Positions 57,954 to 64,000 of a stretch of 64,000 bases of DNA are shown one piece after another. The first letter of the stretch is position 1; the number at the start of each line of letters is the position of its first letter. A program made the translations under genes and the position numbers. Source of the DNA: an uncultured Chloroflexia bacterium (GTDB lineage: Bacteria > Chloroflexota > Limnocylindria > Limnocylindrales > CSP1-4); the NCBI GenBank assembly GCA_963700555.1, contig CAVOXZ010000019.1, positions 210,408 through 274,407 of the forward strand, read 5' to 3'. Under the pieces are notes generated by a model. The model made no database searches, was not told where the DNA came from, and was given only the letters and a program-made list of their open reading frames with translations.

Positions 57954-58113
57954 GCGGCCGGCGAGCCTGATCGAGCAGTTGGAAGCCTGCTCGTCCGGCG
58001 GGCGACAGACGGCAGCCGAGCGTCCAGCGGAAGCAGGCTGGGCTTCCGACAGATGCGGATCGGCCGAACGGCCCTCACGGGACGGTATCGAGGCGGGGTA
58101 CGATCGGCAGGCC

Positions 58114-58461
58114 ATGGACGCCGAGCCGAAGTTCGCCGATGCCCACGCCGCCCTCACGACCGAGCGTGAGCGCGTGCTCGCAGAGCTCAAGGACAACGAG
58201 GTCGAGGCGCCGGGGCAGATGACCTACGGCTCGCAGGCGGCGGCGGCCAGCCACGTGTTCGAGCAGCAGCGGGACCTGGCGCTCCGTGACCACAACCGCG
58301 GGCACCTCGCCGACATCGATGCGGCGCTCGCCCGGCTCGAGGCGGGCACGTACGGCGAGTGCACGTCGTGCCACAGGCAGATCCCGCCCGAGCGGCTCGA
58401 GGCGCTGCCGTGGACGGCGCTCTGCATCGACTGCTCGCGGACGACCGTCCGCCGACGCTGA
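58114..58461 (+). CDS. DksA/TraR-family C4 zinc-finger protein
   Basis: ALARLEAGTYGECTSCHRQIPPERLEALPWTALCIDC is present. TACGAT lies 9 nt upstream of the ATG, the leaderless geometry. Confidence 0.85.
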   Translation: MDAEPKFADAHAALTTERERVLAELKDNEVEAPGQMTYGSQAAAASHVFEQQRDLALRDHNRGHLADIDAALARLEAGTYGECTSCHRQIPPERLEALPWTALCIDCSRTTVRRR

Positions 58462-58514
58462 CCACCCGCTCCCGATGACCGACGAGCGTCCCGCCCCGGT
58501 CCTGGTCTCGATCG

Positions 58515-59483
58515 ATGGACATCCGGGTGGCCGCGGAGGTGCTGCGCGGGGTCACCGTGCACACGCCGCTGGTCCCGTTCGGGCGGCCCGAGCGCCACCA
58601 CTGGCTCAAGGCGGAGTCCCTCCAGCCGATCGGCGCCTTCAAGCTGCGCGGGGCGTACGTGGCGGCGGCCGCGCTCTCACCCGAGGAGCGTGTCCGGGGC
58701 CTGATCACCTACTCGTCCGGCAACCACGCCCAGGGGGTCGCCCGTGCCGCGGCGCTGCTGGGAGTGCCGGCGGTGATCGTGATGCCATCGGACGCGCCCG
58801 CGCTCAAGCGTGCCCGCGTGGAGCAGGACGGCGCCCAGGTCGTGATCGTGGGCACCGCGTCGGAGGAGCGGCGGCTGGTCGCGGAGGAGATCGCGGCGGC
58901 TCGTGGCCTCGCGATCATCCCGCCATTCGACGACCCGCGGATCGTCGCCGGGCAGGGAACGGTGGGCCTCGAGATCGCCGAGGCCATGCCCGACGTGGCG
59001 GCAGTGCTGGTGCCGGTCGGCGGCGGCGGTCTGGCGAGTGGCGTCGCGGCCGCCCTGACGGCGCTCGTACCTGGCGCCCGGGTCATCGGTGTCGAACCGG
59101 AGCTCGCCGCGGACGCGCAGGAGTCGCTGGCGGCCGGGCACATCGTCGGCTGGTCCGCCGAACGGGTCAGCCGCACGATCGCCGATGGCACCCGGACCCA
59201 GTCGATCGGGCACCTCAACTTCGCGCACCTGTCGGCACAGCTGGACGCGATCGTCACGGTCAGCGAGGCGGAGATCGCCGCGGCGGTCCGGCTCGCGGCC
59301 GAGGAGGCGCGCCTGGTGGTGGAGCCGTCGGGTGCGCTCCCGGTGGCGGCGATGCGCTTCCACGCACAGGAGGCAGGGCTGACCGGGCTCGACGGCCCGA
59401 TCGTGGGTGTCGTGTCGGGCGGCAACGTGGACCCGGACCGCTACCAGACCTACCTGGAGGCACCGATCCCGCCCGAGGGCTAG
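58515..59483 (+). CDS. PLP-dependent threonine/serine dehydratase (short, catabolic-type, no ACT domain)
   Basis: SLQPIGAFKLRGA (PLP Lys), YSSGNHAQGVA and VPVGGGGLASG are present. Intact 322 aa. Confidence 0.9.
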   Translation: MDIRVAAEVLRGVTVHTPLVPFGRPERHHWLKAESLQPIGAFKLRGAYVAAAALSPEERVRGLITYSSGNHAQGVARAAALLGVPAVIVMPSDAPALKRARVEQDGAQVVIVGTASEERRLVAEEIAAARGLAIIPPFDDPRIVAGQGTVGLEIAEAMPDVAAVLVPVGGGGLASGVAAALTALVPGARVIGVEPELAADAQESLAAGHIVGWSAERVSRTIADGTRTQSIGHLNFAHLSAQLDAIVTVSEAEIAAAVRLAAEEARLVVEPSGALPVAAMRFHAQEAGLTGLDGPIVGVVSGGNVDPDRYQTYLEAPIPPEG

Positions 59484-59505
59484 CCGCCCAACGACGGCCG
59501 CGTTA

Positions 59506-59547
59506 CCGCGCCGGGTCTGCCGCGCCGGGTCTGCCGCGCCGGGTCTG
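59506..59547. repeat. perfect tandem repeat, 14-bp unit CCGCGCCGGGTCTG x3
   Basis: The three copies lie at 59506-59519, 59520-59533 and 59534-59547. They sit in the convergent spacer between the dehydratase gene and ctaG. Confidence 0.95.
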
Positions 59548-59670
59548 CCCTGATCGCGAACTGGATCAGATCCCAGGCGCCCACACGGAGGCCGCGCCCC
59601 GAAACCCGAGGTTCAGGTGGCAGGCCCATCGTGCACGGGTGGATTCTGATGCAGATGGCGATCAGGGGGC

Positions 59671-59700
59671 CGGCGGGGGCCGGCGGGGGCCGGCGGGGGC
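59671..59700. repeat. perfect tandem repeat, 10-bp unit CGGCGGGGGC x3 (partial copies on both sides)
   Basis: The three copies lie at 59671-59680, 59681-59690 and 59691-59700. GCCGCGAC x2 follows. Confidence 0.95.
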
Positions 59701-59772
59701 CGCCGCCGCGACGCCGCGACGCCGCCGCACCGCGAGGCCCCGGAAGGTGCGGCGATCGGCGGCGCGGGCCGC

Positions 59773-60768
59773 TCAGCCCTCGGGGCGGTCCGCCGCGCCC
59801 GCCGCCCGTCGAGCTGCGAGGCTCGCCGCGCGCTCGCGGATCGCCCCCTCTTCGGCCGCCAGCCTCCGGTCCTCGCCGACGGTCCGGCGCTCGTCGTCGC
59901 GCATCCAGGCGGCCACCAGCAGGATCACCACCGCCAGGAAGGCCATGTCGCCGCCGACCCACATGATGGCGCCCGCCATCTGCTGGTCCTCGAGCGGGCT
60001 TGGCCCCCAGGTCCGCCCGGTGGTCAGGTAGTGCGCGTACAAGGGCACCGAGGACATGTAGACCGCCAGGGCGAGGAACGTGTTCTGCGGCATCTGGAGG
60101 CCGACGTACAGCACCCGCGCGGCCGGACGCAGCGGCCACGGAGAGGGATCCGGACCGATCGCGGGCCACCAGAACAGCAGCGCCGAGCCCAGGAACAGCG
60201 CGTGCTCCAGACGGTGGAGCCACTCGTCCTCCAGGGCGGCGTTGAACAGCGGTGAGAAGTGGCTGACCCACATGACCCCGGCGAACACGAGCCAGGCCAC
60301 GACGGGGAACGAGATGGCCCGGATGATCCGCGCGTGGAGCAACGGGAAGATCCAGCGCCGCCTGGTCTCCGCCGAGGAGGCCCGGAGGAGCAGCGTGATC
60401 GGGCCGGCTTGGAGCAGCAGCGGCGGCGCCACCAGCGTCAGCAGCAGGTGCTGGACCATGTGGACCCAGAACAGCGTGGTGTCGTAGCGCTCGATCCCCG
60501 AGTCGAGGGCGAACAGGATCGCGACCACGCCCAGCGTCCAGGACACGGTCCGCGACCGGGGAACCGGGTTGGCCGGATGCGCTGCGTTCACCCGCCGGAT
60601 GCCGACCCACCACAGGACGAGGGCGGTGATCGCCGGCAGCCAGACCAGCGGATCGCCGCTCCAGCCGAGCAGGAGGAACGCCAGGTCGGGCGCCGAATCC
60701 GGGACGACCCCGCCGTGGGCGAGCGCGGGACCGGCCAGCACGAGCACGGCCAGGATGGCAGCCGGCAT
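59773..60768 (-). CDS. ctaG: cytochrome c oxidase assembly factor CtaG (COG3336-type membrane protein); start approximate
   Basis: Multi-TM protein with FWVHMVQHLLLTLVAPPLLL, HRLEHALFLGSALLFWWP and MAGAIMWVGGDMAFL. It is divergent from ctaC. Confidence 0.75.
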   Translation of the reverse strand: MPAAILAVLVLAGPALAHGGVVPDSAPDLAFLLLGWSGDPLVWLPAITALVLWWVGIRRVNAAHPANPVPRSRTVSWTLGVVAILFALDSGIERYDTTLFWVHMVQHLLLTLVAPPLLLQAGPITLLLRASSAETRRRWIFPLLHARIIRAISFPVVAWLVFAGVMWVSHFSPLFNAALEDEWLHRLEHALFLGSALLFWWPAIGPDPSPWPLRPAARVLYVGLQMPQNTFLALAVYMSSVPLYAHYLTTGRTWGPSPLEDQQMAGAIMWVGGDMAFLAVVILLVAAWMRDDERRTVGEDRRLAAEEGAIRERAASLAARRAAGAADRPEG

Positions 60769-61019
60769 GGCGCGGGCGAGATGAAGCACAGGACGGCGCA
60801 CGGTCACGCGTCCATTCTCGCCCGAATCCTCCGCCGGACGGCGATGTGACATTCGGCAGGGTCGCCAACCGCAATCGGCCCCCCCGTTCCGTGACCTTCC
60901 GGTATGATGCGCGCGTCCGGCGCCCCCGATCGGGCGGCGCACGTCCCCGGACACGCCGCCCGTACCCGAACAATCCGGCTGCCAACGGCTTCCGCACGTC
61001 ACATCAACGAGGAACCTTG

Positions 61020-62153
61020 ATGTCGATGCCCTCCCGGCCCAGGACGGGGTCCGGTGCCCTCGTCGCGGTCCTGACCATCGTCGCGATCACGGTGGTCACG
61101 ATTGGGGTGCTGGCCGCCGCCGGCGTCACCCCGCAGAGCGCCTGGGACAGCTTCTTCCCGATCGACAACGGGACGCCGGTCACCGACCGGGGTGGGGCCA
61201 CCAAGCAGCTCTACGACATCGTGTTCTACATCGCCGCCGCCATCTTCGTCGTGGTCGAGGCAATGATCGTGTACACCGTCTTCCGCTACCGCCGGAAGCC
61301 CGACGATGACACGCTCCCGGCCCAGACCCACGGCAACAACCTGGTCGAGGTGATCTGGACCGCGATCCCCACCGCGATCGTGCTGTTCCTGTTCGCCCTG
61401 TCCTGGCAGACGCTCAACACGGTCGAGGCGAAGACCTCCACGGACCTCAACGTTCGAGCCGTCGCGGCCCGCTACCAGTGGCGCTTCGACTACCTCGACG
61501 GGCCCGACGGGCCCAACGCGAAGGTCCTGTTCAGCCAGCTGCTCCCCGTGGGCGAGGACGGGGGTCTCGTGCTGCCGGTCGGCAAGCCGGTCCACGTCTC
61601 GCTCTCCAGTCCCGACGTGGTCCATGCCTTCTACGTCCCCAAGTTCCTGTTCAAGAAGGACGTGGTGCCGGGCCAGACCAACGAGTTCGACTTCACGGTG
61701 AACGAGCCCGGGACGTACCGCGGCCAGTGCGCCGAGCTCTGCGGCGCCTTCCACGGCTCGATGGTGTTCGAGGTCCATGCCCTGCCAGTGGCTGACTTCG
61801 ATGCCTGGCTCGCGACGGCGATCGAGAAGGCCAGCGCCACCCCGACGCCGGCCCCGTCCGGCGAGGCCGCGGGTCCGACGATCGAGGCCGCCGCGCAGAA
61901 CGTCGAGTTCACGACGACGGCCCTCTCGGCACCGGCGGACACCCCGTTCTCGATCCACTTCGTTAACCTCGACGTGGCCGGCGTCCCGCACGACATCGAG
62001 ATCAAGGACGCCTCGGGTGCCGTTGTCTTCAAGGGCGAGGTGATCGACGGCGGCAAGGAGATCACGTACTCGGTTCCCGCACTCGCTGCGGGCACCTATC
62101 CGTTCGTATGCACGGTCCACCCGAACATGACCGGCACCCTCACGGTGCAGTAA
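61020..62153 (+). CDS. ctaC: cytochrome c oxidase subunit II fused to a C-terminal type-1 (amicyanin-like) cupredoxin domain
   Basis: The SD GAGGA precedes the start. There are two TM helices. CuA site: VVHAFYVPKF...CAELCGAFHGSM. An Ala/Pro/Thr linker is followed by VPHDIEI (His) and FVCTVHPNM (Cys-x2-His-x2-Met). Confidence 0.9.
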   Translation: MSMPSRPRTGSGALVAVLTIVAITVVTIGVLAAAGVTPQSAWDSFFPIDNGTPVTDRGGATKQLYDIVFYIAAAIFVVVEAMIVYTVFRYRRKPDDDTLPAQTHGNNLVEVIWTAIPTAIVLFLFALSWQTLNTVEAKTSTDLNVRAVAARYQWRFDYLDGPDGPNAKVLFSQLLPVGEDGGLVLPVGKPVHVSLSSPDVVHAFYVPKFLFKKDVVPGQTNEFDFTVNEPGTYRGQCAELCGAFHGSMVFEVHALPVADFDAWLATAIEKASATPTPAPSGEAAGPTIEAAAQNVEFTTTALSAPADTPFSIHFVNLDVAGVPHDIEIKDASGAVVFKGEVIDGGKEITYSVPALAAGTYPFVCTVHPNMTGTLTVQ

Positions 62154-62167
62154 GGGAGCTCGCAGGG

Positions 62168-63805
62168 ATGGCCACCACGACCCTCAATCCCGCCGCTCCC
62201 GCCGCCCGTGGCGGCCTGTACGAGTGGCTGACCACGACCGATCACAAGAAGATCGGCATCCTGTACCTGCTCAACTCGTTCGTGTTCTTCATCGCCGGCG
62301 GGATCCTCGCCCTGGTCGTCCGGCTGCAGCTGGCTGTCGCCGCCGACCCGACGACGATGGGTGGGCTCGTCAGCGCCGACTTCTACAACCAGGCGTTCAC
62401 CATGCACGCCTCGTTCATGCTGTTCCTGTTCATCATCCCGATCCTGGCCGGGTTCGGGAACTACGCCGTGCCGCTCCAGATCGGCGCGCCCGACATGGCC
62501 TTCCCGAGGATCAACGCCCTCTCGTTCTGGCTGCTGCCGCTCGGCGGCGGGCTGATGGCCTCCGGCTTCCTGGCGTCGGGTGGGGCGGCGGCGTCGGGCT
62601 GGACCGAGTACCCGCCGCTGTCGGGTGCCCAGTACAGCGGCACCGGGACGGACCTCTGGATCATGGGCCTGACCTTGATCGGGACCAGCTCCATCCTGGG
62701 CGCGATCAACTTCCTGGTCACCATCTTCAAGATGCGGGCGCCGGGCATGACCCTGTTCCGGATGCCGATCCTGGTCTGGACCGTGCTCGTGACCAGCGTC
62801 CTGGTGCTCATGGCGACGCCGGTCCTGACCAGCGCCCTGATCATGCTGTTCATCGACCGCAACTACGGCGGCCACTTCTTCGACCCCGCCAACGGCGGCA
62901 ACGCCGTCCTGTACCAGAACGTGTTCTGGTTCTACTCGCACCCGGCGGTCTACATCATGATCCTGCCCGCGATGGGGATCATCAGCGAGATCCTGCCCGT
63001 GTTCTCGCGCAAGCCCCTGTTCGGCTACAAGGCCTTCGTGTTCGCGACCGTGGGCATCGGCGCCCTGGGCTTCTCCGTGTGGGCGCACCACATGTTCACG
63101 ACCGGTGCCGTGTTCCTGCCGTTCTTCAGCCTGATGACCTTCCTGATCGCGGTTCCCACCGGGGTCAAGATGTTCAACTGGATCGCGACCCTGTGGCGCG
63201 GCCAGCTGACGTTCTCGACGCCCCTGCTGTTCGCGGTGGGCTTCCTGACCATGTTCCTGATCGGCGGCCTCAACGGCGCGTTCTCCGCGGCCGTGCCCGT
63301 GGACTTCGCGCTGCACGACACGTACTGGGTCGTGGCGCACCTCCACTACGTGCTGTTCGGCGGCTCGGTGTTCGGGGTGTTCGCCGGGATCTACTACTGG
63401 TTCCCCAAGATGACCGGCCGGATGCTCAACGAGACCCTGGGCAAGCTCCAGTTCGTGATCATGTTCATCGGGTTCAACCTGACGTTCTTCCCGATGCACC
63501 AGCTCGGCCTCGCGGGCATGCCGCGGCGGATCGCGCAGTACGCGTCGAACGCCGGCTGGAACGAGCTCAACCTGGTGGCCACGATCGGCGGCTTCGTCAT
63601 CGCGCTGAGCGTGCTGCCGTTCCTGTGGAACGTGCTGGTCTCGCTGCGCAGCGGCAAGCCCGCCGGCGAAGATCCGTGGGAGGGCAACACCCTCGAGTGG
63701 GCGACATCGTCGCCGCCGCCTGCCTACAACTTCGACCGCCTGCCCGAGATCCGCTCGGAGCGCCCGGTCTTCGACGCCCGGCACGGCCGGACGGCCTCGC
63801 ACTGA
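62168..63805 (+). CDS. ctaD: cytochrome c oxidase subunit I
   Basis: Intact 545 aa with TTDHKKIGILYL, WFYSHPAVYIMILPAMGI, WAHHMFTTG and HDTYWVVAHLHYVLFGG. Confidence 0.97.
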   Translation: MATTTLNPAAPAARGGLYEWLTTTDHKKIGILYLLNSFVFFIAGGILALVVRLQLAVAADPTTMGGLVSADFYNQAFTMHASFMLFLFIIPILAGFGNYAVPLQIGAPDMAFPRINALSFWLLPLGGGLMASGFLASGGAAASGWTEYPPLSGAQYSGTGTDLWIMGLTLIGTSSILGAINFLVTIFKMRAPGMTLFRMPILVWTVLVTSVLVLMATPVLTSALIMLFIDRNYGGHFFDPANGGNAVLYQNVFWFYSHPAVYIMILPAMGIISEILPVFSRKPLFGYKAFVFATVGIGALGFSVWAHHMFTTGAVFLPFFSLMTFLIAVPTGVKMFNWIATLWRGQLTFSTPLLFAVGFLTMFLIGGLNGAFSAAVPVDFALHDTYWVVAHLHYVLFGGSVFGVFAGIYYWFPKMTGRMLNETLGKLQFVIMFIGFNLTFFPMHQLGLAGMPRRIAQYASNAGWNELNLVATIGGFVIALSVLPFLWNVLVSLRSGKPAGEDPWEGNTLEWATSSPPPAYNFDRLPEIRSERPVFDARHGRTASH

Positions 63806-63818
63806 GCGGAGGAGGACG

Positions 63819-64000
63819 ATGACGGCCGACGCCACCACCCTCGCCGTGCACGGGGACAGCCACACCGCCGAGGCGCACGGCTCCGGGGGGATCGGGAACC
63901 CGGTCCTCGGGATGCTGCTGTTCATCACCAGCGAGGTGATGTTCTTCGCGGGCCTGTTCGCGGCCTACTTCAGCATCCGGGCGGGCTACACCGAGGTCAT
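63819..64000 (+). CDS. ctaE: cytochrome c oxidase subunit III, N-terminal part (runs off the window)
   Basis: The SD GGAGGAGGA precedes the start. The sequence MTADATTLAVHGDSHTAEAHGSGGIGNPVLGMLLFITSEVMFFAGLFAAYFSIRAGYTEV contains the typical ITSEVMFF helix. Confidence 0.85.
   Translation, partial: MTADATTLAVHGDSHTAEAHGSGGIGNPVLGMLLFITSEVMFFAGLFAAYFSIRAGYTEV

Noticed and set aside
59506-59700. A CRISPR array suggested by the short perfect repeats.
   Set aside because: The repeats are head-to-tail with no spacers, the units are only 10-14 bp, and no cas genes are present. These are simple tandem repeats.
1-64000. Mobile elements, prophage, a genomic island or a canonical defence system.
   Set aside because: No transposase, integrase, recombinase, terminal inverted repeats, tRNA attachment site, restriction-modification, cas, toxin-antitoxin or nucleotide-signalling defence genes were recognisable. 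Gene content is core metabolism with uniform GC-rich composition.

Overview
Very GC-rich chromosomal segment, with G/C at most third codon positions and long spurious antisense ORFs throughout. Gene content points to an Actinomycetota-like organism: a MarP-type protease, a fabD plus two tandem KAS II genes, an F420/LLM oxidoreductase, ctaG-ctaCDE, a 7Fe FdxA, KorAB, and many 4-nt start/stop overlaps. I support about 60 protein genes, almost all housekeeping. In order: leuCD, a membrane serine protease, a DUF885 protein, ilvD, an LLM oxidoreductase, a tandem-GNAT, a DHOD-like protein plus asparaginase, an M20 peptidase, marR/fabD/KAS/KAS, a thioesterase, copA, a 977-aa secreted repeat protein, dapB-dapA-dapD-lysA, ogt, and a GAF plus S8-protease pair. 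Then an MFS-cNMP fusion, a korAB operon flanked by CBS proteins, an EamA transporter, an HpcH aldolase, a response regulator with a GAF-GAF histidine kinase, proline dehydrogenase and proC, fdxA, an auracyanin-like lipoprotein, potADBC, an ECF sigma operon, a DksA/TraR protein, threonine dehydratase and ctaG/ctaC/ctaD/ctaE. I found no rRNA, tRNA, CRISPR array, transposase, integrase or prophage signature. The points most worth a second look are these. (1) A 27-codon leader ORF with an AAG-AAG-AAG run, followed by a terminator-shaped hairpin, sits in front of the lysine-biosynthesis operon and may be a Lys attenuator. (2) Two unannotated 31/33-codon membrane micro-ORFs with strong Shine-Dalgarno sites share the C-terminus GAKRW. 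(3) About 23 single-base reading-frame breaks, nearly all net +1, lie in otherwise well-conserved essential genes and are unevenly distributed along the window. (4) There is a copper/cupredoxin theme: CopA with an extra TM and a Cys-less cupredoxin tail, CoxII fused to an amicyanin-like domain, and an auracyanin-like lipoprotein. (5) A GAF protein is translationally coupled to an intracellular subtilase, next to an MFS transporter carrying a cNMP-binding domain. All coordinates and start codons are hand-derived from the sequence and the ORF track. Frameshift positions are approximate (about +/-10 nt).
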